This document shows positions 37,275 to 46,093 of a DNA stretch of 49,419 bases, one piece after another. Each line of letters starts with the position of its first letter. Within the stretch, counting starts at the first letter, position 1. This stretch comes from Candidatus Helarchaeota archaeon (GTDB lineage: Archaea > Asgardarchaeota > Lokiarchaeia > Helarchaeales > RDOG01): positions 1-49,419 of the forward strand of contig JALGVI010000021.1 in assembly GCA_029838215.1 (NCBI GenBank), given 5' to 3'. The notes below the pieces were generated by a model. That model did not search any database and had not been told where the DNA came from. It saw only the letters and a program-made list of their open reading frames with translations. Both the position numbers and the translations under genes were made by a program.

Positions 37275-38534
37275 TTAAATGTCAAAAAACTCTGATATAA
37301 TGACGTTTTTGGTTCCCCACCCTGTCGCCAGTATCTTTTTTTTCGGGTCCACGCTCCACGGTTCAGTTTCGTGGTTGATGTCGAAAAGAATGCCTTTGGT
37401 GAATTCGGGAACGTCCATATCCAAGCATTCGGGCGTGATTCTGTCTCCGGGCGGGTAATTCCACGTTGCCAGTGCTTCTTCATCCTGATAAGTTTTCTTT
37501 TTTTTCAGGTTTGGTGGCTTGCATCCGAGGCTTTGCACGGGCCAATAAACACCTTGCTTGTAGGTTTCGACAAAGAATTCATCATAGATTTCGGGTTCGA
37601 GGTCTCGAATGAAATCTTGGATTCTGTCTTCGAAGACCTGCACGACGAGTTGTTGCGTTCCCAGTCCCACGATCCTGTGCATGAAAATGGGTCGTGCAAG
37701 GTACATTAGCATCGAGATGAACGTTGGCCAAGGCACGTATGAGAACCAATTATCGGGCATTCCATAGACTCGTTTTGAGTTAATGCCGTCCCATAGCATT
37801 CCTCCCGTTTCCCAGACTGATGGCTCGATGAGAAAACTCATTATCGCCGACATGTAGACGATCGCCACGTTATAAGGCGTTGTTGCCCATTGAGGCGTGC
37901 GTTCATTCCGAACGTCTTTCAGGACTTCAATACATCGATATCCCATTTTCGTGTTGTCCTTGATCTTTTTTGGCAAATCCCTTATCTTGACACCGAGTTT
38001 CTGGTGCCGTCTCTCTAATAACTCATCTTCGGGACCCACCAACCACCAGTCTACGGGTATCCCGTCGCTCATGTGTCCATTTAGAATGAAGAAAATTTCG
38101 TTAGACGTGTCGAGGATGACTATGAAGGAAATATCGATGTCCGAGCCGTACATTATCTTCATCGTTCCCTGTGCCAAATCGCCGCGAAGCGGGACGACAG
38201 GAGGGAAGATGGACCACGAAATGGTCTTTTCAGGATGAGGGTTTTCTCCATTCATGACCTTTTGTGCGGCTTGTATTGCTTCATCAAGGCGGATCTTGAA
38301 CACGTCATAAATCACTTCGTCGGAAACCATCGGCAAGAATTCATTTAAAAAATGCTCGTAACCCAATTCGCGATAAATTCGCCATAGATGACGCCCGAGC
38401 GGGAAGTAGCGCTTTGTAACGACGCTGTCATCTATTTCAGACCACGTGAATGGTCGATTTTCGCGCTCTCTCCTGATCTCATCCACGATTCGCTTGATAT
38501 GTCCTTTATCATATTCTTTAACGGCTTTTTCCAC
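37275..38534 (-). CDS. Hypothetical protein (419 aa), probably co-transcribed with the radical SAM gene
   Basis: Long ORF with normal composition, rich in W/P; ends 9 nt before the radical SAM start; no motif recognised. Confidence 0.75.
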   Translation of the reverse strand: MEKAVKEYDKGHIKRIVDEIRRERENRPFTWSEIDDSVVTKRYFPLGRHLWRIYRELGYEHFLNEFLPMVSDEVIYDVFKIRLDEAIQAAQKVMNGENPHPEKTISWSIFPPVVPLRGDLAQGTMKIMYGSDIDISFIVILDTSNEIFFILNGHMSDGIPVDWWLVGPEDELLERRHQKLGVKIRDLPKKIKDNTKMGYRCIEVLKDVRNERTPQWATTPYNVAIVYMSAIMSFLIEPSVWETGGMLWDGINSKRVYGMPDNWFSYVPWPTFISMLMYLARPIFMHRIVGLGTQQLVVQVFEDRIQDFIRDLEPEIYDEFFVETYKQGVYWPVQSLGCKPPNLKKKKTYQDEEALATWNYPPGDRITPECLDMDVPEFTKGILFDINHETEPWSVDPKKKILATGWGTKNVIISEFFDI

Positions 38535-38633
38535 TTAAATCCACTCCAAATCCAAGCTCATGTTAAAAATATCTAACCGAAGTAGTATAAAAGACTTAGC
38601 TTCTTGAGGCTGAGTCAAGAATGAGAAAAAGAA

Positions 38634-39755
38634 TTAGAAAAGGACTTTTTTCTTGCATTTTGGGCATTTTTTTGCATTCCACGCCAGCATCCATCCGCAG
38701 TTCGGGCAGCGGTTAATGGAGGAATCGGCATAGGAGGAATTTAATTCATAATCAAGAACGTCAACGTCGATGGCTTCAACGACATCATCGAGAATTCGGT
38801 CAGTGAAATCCGAGCCTTCTTCCTTGAGAGCGGCTTTTTTGTAGGTTTGAGCAACGGGTGTATATGCTTTTGCTGTGGCTTGGTATGGGGCTACGGTTGG
38901 CATTTTTGGGACTTTCTTTCGTGCTTCTTCTGTTCTTTCGTCAAGGATTTCCTTAACAGACTTGGTTTTTTCAATGGGTTGAGGTGTCGGTTTCCTTGCT
39001 TTTTCTGCTACTGGTTTGGTTTCTGTTTTTTCCTCGGTTTTATGTGCTTCGATGGCTTTCATGCGTTCCATTCTTTGTTGCTTTAGTTTTTCGATATTTG
39101 AGAGTTTTGTCGTTCCTTCTTGGAGTGCGGATTTGTTCTCGACGACTGTTGCCACGGGAACTGCATCAGCACTTGCGGGCGTGACTGCGGGTTTTTTAGG
39201 GCGAGCAATCGTGGGTTTGGGCTTGACGACTTTCGCAGGTGTGACTTTTTTTTCTCTGGTTTTCGTAACTTTCTTGGGTTTTGCCTTCTTCCCCTTTTTT
39301 AATTCTTCAATTTTCTGCTTGAATTCTTCCGAATCCTTTTGAACATTATCTTTTTGGGATGTAAGCCCTTGGCTTACCAATATGAAATACCATGTCTTAT
39401 TTTTAAGCGTGACCATTAATTTCGGATAAATCTGATGCCGTCTTCCAAATATTTCGTCGTGTCCAATTTCCAAGTCTCGAATCTCGGAAAGGGGGATTTT
39501 CAAATTAATCCGACGTGGTTTTAAAGTATATTTTACCGCTTTCTTCGTGGAATCTGAAAACGGTTCACAATCCTTGAATTCATAACCTCGAAAAATCAAG
39601 AGTTTTCGGTTGGTGAGAAATAGCTTACCTTTATATTGTAGATTTTGAGTCTGACTTTTCAAAGCCGAAAATTCAAAGGTTGATGGCGTTGCAACGGCGT
39701 GGTGTTCCAGTACTAGCTCTCCATCTTTTTCCTCGAGCTTCAATTTTTGCTCCAT
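38634..39755 (-). CDS. PH/GRAM-like N-terminal domain, K/P/T-rich linker and C-terminal double zinc ribbon
   Basis: YKGKLFLTNRKLLIF...IPLSEIRDLEI; low-complexity middle; CPNCGWMLAWNAKKCPKC. Confidence 0.65.
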   Translation of the reverse strand: MEQKLKLEEKDGELVLEHHAVATPSTFEFSALKSQTQNLQYKGKLFLTNRKLLIFRGYEFKDCEPFSDSTKKAVKYTLKPRRINLKIPLSEIRDLEIGHDEIFGRRHQIYPKLMVTLKNKTWYFILVSQGLTSQKDNVQKDSEEFKQKIEELKKGKKAKPKKVTKTREKKVTPAKVVKPKPTIARPKKPAVTPASADAVPVATVVENKSALQEGTTKLSNIEKLKQQRMERMKAIEAHKTEEKTETKPVAEKARKPTPQPIEKTKSVKEILDERTEEARKKVPKMPTVAPYQATAKAYTPVAQTYKKAALKEEGSDFTDRILDDVVEAIDVDVLDYELNSSYADSSINRCPNCGWMLAWNAKKCPKCKKKVLF

Positions 39756-40002
39756 TTTACATCAACACTCTAAATCCTTGTTATCCTTAAACCACTAACC
39801 TCAAAAGTAAAAAAAATTTCAGGTTTGAACTTGATTTTTATTTATATTATCATGCTTAAAAAAAATATTGTTGAATCGTTAATTCTTCATGTTTTTTTCC
39901 TTCATTCAACATGCGAAATTTTATTGTAAGTCCGCAGGATTGCGAGCTAGTCCTCGGTTTTGGATCCAAATAGTTAAAAATAGCCGCGTGAACAGTTATC
40001 CG

Positions 40003-40632
40003 ATGCCTGATAATTTTCAAGAGTTCGAAATCAAGTTCGTGATTTCCGATATTAAGCAGTTTCGGGAACGATTAAAGAAGCTCGATGCGGTACAATTAAA
40101 AAACGTCATTCAGATTGATGAATATCTTGACGATGATGAGAAATCTCTCTCCGCGAGAGATATTTTACTACGTTACAGAAAAGAATTCACCGAACATGAT
40201 GAATTCATCCAAGGAGAATTCAGTTGGAAGGGACCTGCTCGGGGAAAAAACATTGAAATTCGAGAAGATCGCTCAATGATTTTTAAAAATTTGGATAAAA
40301 TGACCACGTTTCAATCCATCTTTAAGAAGTTAGGTTTCGTTCCTTTCATCACGTTTAAAAAAGCACGCGAACGTTGGCACCTGAATGGTTTCGAGCAAGA
40401 GATCGATCTGGAGCTGGATAAAAAAGTCTGGAGCGAAGATGAAAACGGGCGAAAATCTTTTTTGGGTGGTTTTTGTCAAGCCAGTTTAGAGACCGATCTT
40501 GATATTTCAGATGAAGCCGCAAGAACCATTTTGTGGAAAGTGATCGAATCTCTGGGCTATTCGCAAGATCACCACGAACCACGAACATATATTGAGTTGC
40601 ATTTTCTTCAAGTAAATGAGAAGGGGAGCTAG
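40003..40632 (+). CDS. CYTH-domain protein (class IV adenylate cyclase/triphosphate tunnel metalloenzyme family)
   Basis: ExExK motif EFEIKF, DEYLD, LLRYR, KARERW. Start set at ATG 40003 (MPDNFQEFEIKF), in frame with the ORF-track start 39889. Confidence 0.85.
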   Translation: MPDNFQEFEIKFVISDIKQFRERLKKLDAVQLKNVIQIDEYLDDDEKSLSARDILLRYRKEFTEHDEFIQGEFSWKGPARGKNIEIREDRSMIFKNLDKMTTFQSIFKKLGFVPFITFKKARERWHLNGFEQEIDLELDKKVWSEDENGRKSFLGGFCQASLETDLDISDEAARTILWKVIESLGYSQDHHEPRTYIELHFLQVNEKGS

Positions 40633-40636
40633 ACGA

Positions 40637-41245
40637 ATGAGAATTCTTGCTTTTTCTGATTTTCACGATTCAAGAAGCTTGTTAAATGATGCTCGTGACC
40701 TCATCAAATCTAAAAACCCCGATGTCGTTGTTATTGCTGGAGATATTGCTAACCACGGCTCAATTTCTAAGATGAAAGAGTTAATTTCAATTCTAGACTT
40801 TCAAAGGATATTATTCGTGTGGGGAAACATGGATGGTCAAAGACCTGAAGCGGATCTCTCTCCAAATTATCGGAACCTGCATTTGAATTCAATCAAAATT
40901 GAAAATTTGACTTTTTTAGGACTCGGAGGAAACAGTACTGCAATTAGAAAGAACATTGACCTGCTTGAAAAGATGTTAAAACAGTTTGCGTCTTCTCAAG
41001 TCATTCTCGTGAGCCACGTTCCCCCGAGAGGACACTGTGATCTCGCCTTTAATGGAACGCATATTGGTTCTCCCGAACTTTTTCAGATCGTGGAAAAATA
41101 TCATCCAATACTAGTGATTTCCGGGCACGTTCACGAAAATCGTTCCAATTCACGCATTGGATCGACCGAAATCTGGAATGTCGGTCCGCACGGTGTCCTT
41201 TTTGAAATAAATGAAAATATTATTAATGCAAGACGTTTTTCTTGA
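40637..41245 (+). CDS. Calcineurin-like metallophosphoesterase (Icc-related)
   Basis: SDFH, AGD, GNMD, SHVPP, GHVHE motifs. Start set at ATG 40637 (MRILAF). Confidence 0.88.
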   Translation: MRILAFSDFHDSRSLLNDARDLIKSKNPDVVVIAGDIANHGSISKMKELISILDFQRILFVWGNMDGQRPEADLSPNYRNLHLNSIKIENLTFLGLGGNSTAIRKNIDLLEKMLKQFASSQVILVSHVPPRGHCDLAFNGTHIGSPELFQIVEKYHPILVISGHVHENRSNSRIGSTEIWNVGPHGVLFEINENIINARRFS

Positions 41246-41251
41246 AAAAGA

Positions 41252-41258
41252 AGGTGAT
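41252..41258 (+). promoter_or_regulatory. Archaeal-type Shine-Dalgarno site
   Basis: AGGTGAT just upstream of ATG 41263. Confidence 0.55.
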
Positions 41259-41262
41259 TAAA

Positions 41263-41823
41263 ATGAGCGAGAAGTCCCTATTAGATGAGCTTAAGGAGAA
41301 GCAACCCAAGGAAAAATACGATGCCACGGTTGATTCTCTCATTAACGAAAATGTTTTTATCATGAAGTACTTGCAAGAGCATTATGGATTAAAGGCTGTT
41401 GAGGATTATTGTGAGTGGGATGTTGATCTTTCTGTTGAAAGGCGAATGTCTCCGTTGAAGAATGCCTTGGTTCAGATGCTGAATAAACTCGCCCGTAAAG
41501 CCCTTTTGAACATGTTCATAAAGACCCTCATTGACGAAGGTCAATTTCTCATTCCCTTAAAATGCTATGAGAAAATAGAAATCACGGATGATTCTGGCGA
41601 GATTGTCATCAATAAATGCCTTGCAAAGCGAAAATTCAATAAGGCGGTTAAAAAGTTGGGGTGCAGAGATGTTGAGGCATATCCCTGGTCAAAAGATGGA
41701 TTGGGGTATTGCAAATATTGGTGCACGCCCCTTTTTGAAAAATTCCTTAGTTACATTAAAGTCCCTTTGAAGATGAACTATACTGATAGAGGCTGTGTCA
41801 TAACAGCATCATTTGAAAAATGA
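41263..41823 (+). CDS. Hypothetical protein, possibly with a V4R-like small-ligand-binding fold
   Basis: Start at MSEKSL after the SD site; INKCLAK, YCKYWC and RGCVITA give V4R-like Cys spacing. Function uncertain. Confidence 0.55.
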   Translation: MSEKSLLDELKEKQPKEKYDATVDSLINENVFIMKYLQEHYGLKAVEDYCEWDVDLSVERRMSPLKNALVQMLNKLARKALLNMFIKTLIDEGQFLIPLKCYEKIEITDDSGEIVINKCLAKRKFNKAVKKLGCRDVEAYPWSKDGLGYCKYWCTPLFEKFLSYIKVPLKMNYTDRGCVITASFEK

Positions 41824-43085
41824 CCATTCATTCAATTTGTCACGTTAGCGTGCACGGTGATCCGTTAGGCAAGCTTGGAATGCCCGATACCGGTGGACAA
41901 TGCGTTTACATCAAGGAAATGTGCAGGGCTCTCGGGGAGTTATATGAAGAAATGGAAATTCACGTGTTCACGCGATGGAACGTTGATAAGCCCCGGGAGG
42001 AATACATTCGCCATCCAAATGTCAAGGTCATCAGGATACCTTGTGGACCCTCCACTTTTATCCCTAAAGAAGACTTATTTCCATACTTGGCAGAATTCAG
42101 CAAGAACACAAATTTGTATCTTGAAAAAAATGGAATCAAATGCGAGCTAATTCACGGACATTATTGGGATGGTGGTGTTGTAAGTCTCGCTTTAAGTAAG
42201 ATTCGTGGCATTCCATTCATTCATACAAATCATAGTCTGGGTCTTCTCAAGAAAGAGGTAATTGATTCTCCTGAGCTCAATTATGGCATTCGCATTCAGG
42301 AAGAAAGACGAATTCTTGCATCGTGTTCCACGGTCGTAACTCTTTCTAACTCTCAGAAAGAAGCCCTTATTTCTTATTATGATGTCAATCCTTCAAAAAT
42401 TCGGGTCATTCCCGGTGGGGTTAATTTAAAGGCATTTTATCCTGTTCAGAATAAGGAACGCATTCGAGTGAAGCTAGGAATTAATTCTGATTACCTTCTT
42501 TTTGCACTCGGACGGTGTGACCCTCGAAAAGGGTTTGATCAGTTATTACATGCATTGCCATTTGTCATTCAAGAATTGAAAACACGCGGTAAAACCTTGA
42601 CTTTCATTCTTGCTACGGGAACTCAAGGTGTTGCTCATGATACTGCTGAATGGCAAGAATTGGATCGCATAATGATGCTCATTGAGAATTTGAACCTGCA
42701 AGAACATGTGATAGTTATCGGTCACGTTCGAGATCCTCCATTACGTGATTTTTATTCTGCTGCAGATTTACTTGTTGTTCCAAGCATTTATGAACCATTC
42801 GGGCTCGTAATTTTGGAAGCCATGGCTTGTGGTTGCCCCGTGATTGCAACTAATAATGGTGGACCGAAAGATATCTTGAGATCTGGTGCTGGAACTACCG
42901 TTGATGTCAAGGACCATGAAAATTTTGCTAAAGAAATCCTTAATGTCCTTGAAAATAGAACTCTTTGGAAAAAAATGTCTCGGGTCGGAATTGAAGAAAC
43001 TCGGTCCCATTATGACTGGTCAAATGTCGCCAGACAGCTTTATAGGGACGTTTATTTGAAGTCCGTAACTAATTCTTCCAAATAA
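41820..43085 (+). CDS. GT4 glycosyltransferase, like sucrose-phosphate synthase or mannosylfructose-phosphate synthase
   Basis: HG...DTGGQCVYI, IHGHYWDGG, HTNHSLG, GRCDPRKG, EPFGLVILEAMACGCPVIATNNGGP. ATGA overlap with the upstream gene. Confidence 0.8.
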   Translation: MTIHSICHVSVHGDPLGKLGMPDTGGQCVYIKEMCRALGELYEEMEIHVFTRWNVDKPREEYIRHPNVKVIRIPCGPSTFIPKEDLFPYLAEFSKNTNLYLEKNGIKCELIHGHYWDGGVVSLALSKIRGIPFIHTNHSLGLLKKEVIDSPELNYGIRIQEERRILASCSTVVTLSNSQKEALISYYDVNPSKIRVIPGGVNLKAFYPVQNKERIRVKLGINSDYLLFALGRCDPRKGFDQLLHALPFVIQELKTRGKTLTFILATGTQGVAHDTAEWQELDRIMMLIENLNLQEHVIVIGHVRDPPLRDFYSAADLLVVPSIYEPFGLVILEAMACGCPVIATNNGGPKDILRSGAGTTVDVKDHENFAKEILNVLENRTLWKKMSRVGIEETRSHYDWSNVARQLYRDVYLKSVTNSSK

Positions 43086-43132
43086 ATCTTTATTTAGATT
43101 TTATTCAAATTTTTAACCATGGTGCATTTTTC

Positions 43133-43693
43133 ATGAAATTATTTGAATTGCTTGCAGAGAAGCCATCATCTCGGTTGACGAAAATACTTCTCTTGATTGG
43201 CATCGCCCTAATTGTCATTACATATTCCATCCTGAATTTTTTCATCACAATTTCTGGTTTTGACAGCAATAGCTTGGTATATAGTGAATTATGCTTTAGC
43301 GGTCCCATCTTGAAGTCAATGTACGTGGTTCTCGTTGTTCAGGGAACTGTCGATCTTTATCGAATCGGTCAACTTTGGGATTATGGTTTCATGGTCGCAT
43401 ATGGATTGCTTATTTTTTCTTTGGCTCTCATCATTGCACGTGCTTTTGAGGAAGATTCCTTTTGGCATGAATCCGGATACGTTATTTCCTTATTTGGAAT
43501 CGCGGCTCCATTATTGGATGTATTTGAAAACGTTTTCATATTACTGACTTTGACGAACCCTCTTGGTTTTCCGGATTGGTTAGCCGTTGCACAATCTGCC
43601 GTATCGCTTCCAAAATGGATCTTGATATTAACTGCTCTCATTTGGGCTTTAGTCACTGCCGTGATACTTCTCATCAGGAAATTAAGGAAATAA
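43133..43693 (+). CDS. Membrane protein of unknown function (about 4 TM segments)
   Basis: Four hydrophobic segments; LWDYGFM and LLDVFEN motifs. Confidence 0.7.
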   Translation: MKLFELLAEKPSSRLTKILLLIGIALIVITYSILNFFITISGFDSNSLVYSELCFSGPILKSMYVVLVVQGTVDLYRIGQLWDYGFMVAYGLLIFSLALIIARAFEEDSFWHESGYVISLFGIAAPLLDVFENVFILLTLTNPLGFPDWLAVAQSAVSLPKWILILTALIWALVTAVILLIRKLRK

Positions 43694-43783
43694 CATGATT
43701 TCCTCCTTTTTTTAAAGAATTTTAAGGATAAAGATTTAGAAGGATTTTGTTGCCGATTATTTAAATGACACGTTGGTTTTATC

Positions 43784-45124
43784 ATGAATCGAAAAAAGAT
43801 CATCATCATGGGTGCATTGGGGATGGATTTTCACACGTTCAACACGGTTTTTAAAGACAATCGTGAGCATGAAATCGTGGCATTTACAATTGCAACGAGT
43901 CAAAACGTGGGCACGACTGAAGATGCAGAAAGAACGTTCCCTGCAGAACTCGCAGGTTCTCTCTATCCCGAAGGCATTCCAATGGTTTCTGAAACCAAAT
44001 TAAAAGATCTCATACGACAACTTGGAGTGGAAGAAGTCGTTTTTGCATATTCCGATGCATCACATGAAGATGTAATGCACGGAGCGTCGATTGCTCTTGC
44101 GGCAGGTGCTGATTTTCGGCTCATTAGCGGTAAAAACACAATGATAAAGGCAAGAAAGCCCGTCATATCTGTTTGCGCGGTTCGCACTGGATGTGGAAAG
44201 AGCCAGGTTTCAAGAGCGGTTTACCGACATCTCAAAAAGAAAGGCTATAAGGCCGTTGCTATTCGAGAACCGATGCCTTACGGTAATTTGGTGAAGCAAG
44301 CGGTAATGCGTTTTGCCACCTATGATGATCTGGATAAACACGACTGCACGATTGAAGAAAGAGAAGAATACGAACCATATATTGATCAAGGGCTTGTAAT
44401 CTATTCTGGTCTGGACTATGCTAAAATATTAGAACAAGCTGAAAAGGAAGCCGACGTGATCGTTTTTGATGGTGGAAATAATGAGATTTCATTTTACGTT
44501 CCCGATCTCCTATTTGTTGTTGCCGATCCGCTAAGACCAGGACACGAACTAAAATACCATCCCGGTGAAGTCAATGCTCGCAGTGCCGATGTATTCGTGA
44601 TAAATAAAATTAATTCCGCGAGGTCTGAAGATGTTGACGTCGTTGTTGAAAACTTGTCTCGAATGAATCCCCGTGCTAAAATTGTCAGGACAAATTCCAT
44701 CGTTTCCATCGAAAAACCTGAGTTGTTGAATGGAAAGAAAGTCATCGTGGTCGAAGATGGACCGACCTTGACTCACGGTGGAATGTCATACGGCGCGGGA
44801 TATATCGCAGCAATGAACAACAATGCCGAAATCATCGACCCTAGACCGTATTTAACGGGTACATTGGTTGAAGTCTTTAAAGAATTTCCACATCTGGCTA
44901 AACTCATCCCTGCAATGGGATATAGTCCACAACAGGTTCGAGATTTGGAAAATACGTTGAACAAGGCAGAATGTGACATCGTGCTTGATGGTAGTCCGAT
45001 CGACTTGTGTAAATTGATCCAATGCAATAAACCTGTCCTCCGAGTTACTTATGACATCGAAGCTCTGGGAAGTCCGACAATCGAAGAAATAATTGATGAA
45101 TTACTTCATGAATATTTCAAATAG
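43784..45124 (+). CDS. arcE: Arginine synthetase ArcE-like P-loop protein (cyclic 2,3-diphosphoglycerate synthetase-related family)
   Basis: AVRTGCGKSQ, REPMPYG, CTIEEREEYEP, DGGNN, YHPGE and VEDGPTLTHGGM; directly upstream of OTC and carbamate kinase. Confidence 0.75.
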   Translation: MNRKKIIIMGALGMDFHTFNTVFKDNREHEIVAFTIATSQNVGTTEDAERTFPAELAGSLYPEGIPMVSETKLKDLIRQLGVEEVVFAYSDASHEDVMHGASIALAAGADFRLISGKNTMIKARKPVISVCAVRTGCGKSQVSRAVYRHLKKKGYKAVAIREPMPYGNLVKQAVMRFATYDDLDKHDCTIEEREEYEPYIDQGLVIYSGLDYAKILEQAEKEADVIVFDGGNNEISFYVPDLLFVVADPLRPGHELKYHPGEVNARSADVFVINKINSARSEDVDVVVENLSRMNPRAKIVRTNSIVSIEKPELLNGKKVIVVEDGPTLTHGGMSYGAGYIAAMNNNAEIIDPRPYLTGTLVEVFKEFPHLAKLIPAMGYSPQQVRDLENTLNKAECDIVLDGSPIDLCKLIQCNKPVLRVTYDIEALGSPTIEEIIDELLHEYFK

Positions 45125-45142
45125 CATACTTAAGGGGATAAG

Positions 45143-46075
45143 ATGATACGACATTTATTAAAAGTCTCCGATTTCTCAAGAGAAGAGTGCATTCACGTCA
45201 TTGAGAACGCCATTAAAATCAAGGCGGCACCTGAAAAATATCGTAAATCCTTGGATGGAAAGACGCTTCTCATGATTTTTGAAAAACCGTCGCTGAGGAC
45301 TCGCGTGTCTTTCGAAACCGGGATGACACAACTAGGGGGACACGCCATATTTTATTCAATCAAGGATTCACCTCTCGGTAAAAAGGAAAACATTCACGAT
45401 ACTGCAAAATCCGCATCCCGATATGTCGATTTAATTGCGGCTCGACTCTATAAAAGACAAGATCTCAAGGAATTTGCCCGTTATTCTGATGTTCCCGTGA
45501 TAAACATGCTCGACGATTTTGCTCATCCATGTCAAGTTCTGGGTGATTTTCAAACGATTCGGGAGAAAAAAGGACGTCTCGACGGCATTAAGATTGCATA
45601 TTTTGGAGATGCTCGTAATAACGTTACTTATGATTTAATGCGTCTCGTTGGCATTTTTGGTCTCAGGATTGACGTGGCTTGTCCTGCAAATCCTGAATTT
45701 CGTCCCGAAAAAGAAGTCTTGGAAGAAGTCAAATCTTTAGCAAGCCAGTCGGGAGCAACATTCAGGATAATAAACGATCCAATGGATGCGGCAAAGGATT
45801 CGGACATTATCTATACTGATTCTTGGATGTCATATGGGATTTCCGAAGATCTTGAAGAAAAGCGGAAAAAAATTCTAATGCCATTTCAAGTCAATTCTAA
45901 AATTATGGCGAATGCAAAAAAGGATGCTCTTTTCATGCATTGTCTCCCTGCAAAACGGGGACATGAACAGACCGCTGACGTGATCGATGGTCCGCAATCC
46001 ATTGTTTTTGATCAAGCCGAAAATCGGCTACACGTCCAAAAAGCAATCATGCTTTTCCTTTTAGGAATTACATGA
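45143..46075 (+). CDS. arcB: Ornithine carbamoyltransferase (probably catabolic)
   Basis: FEKPSLRTRVSFE, HPCQ, GDARNNV, TDSWMSYG, FMHCLP, FDQAENRLH. Confidence 0.92.
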   Translation: MIRHLLKVSDFSREECIHVIENAIKIKAAPEKYRKSLDGKTLLMIFEKPSLRTRVSFETGMTQLGGHAIFYSIKDSPLGKKENIHDTAKSASRYVDLIAARLYKRQDLKEFARYSDVPVINMLDDFAHPCQVLGDFQTIREKKGRLDGIKIAYFGDARNNVTYDLMRLVGIFGLRIDVACPANPEFRPEKEVLEEVKSLASQSGATFRIINDPMDAAKDSDIIYTDSWMSYGISEDLEEKRKKILMPFQVNSKIMANAKKDALFMHCLPAKRGHEQTADVIDGPQSIVFDQAENRLHVQKAIMLFLLGIT

Positions 46076-46093
46076 ATTGGAGACGAGATCCGA

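Noticed and set aside
43784-45124. Cyclic 2,3-diphosphoglycerate synthetase
   Set aside because: No 2-phosphoglycerate kinase is nearby, and the operon context with OTC and carbamate kinase favours the ArcE-like assignment.
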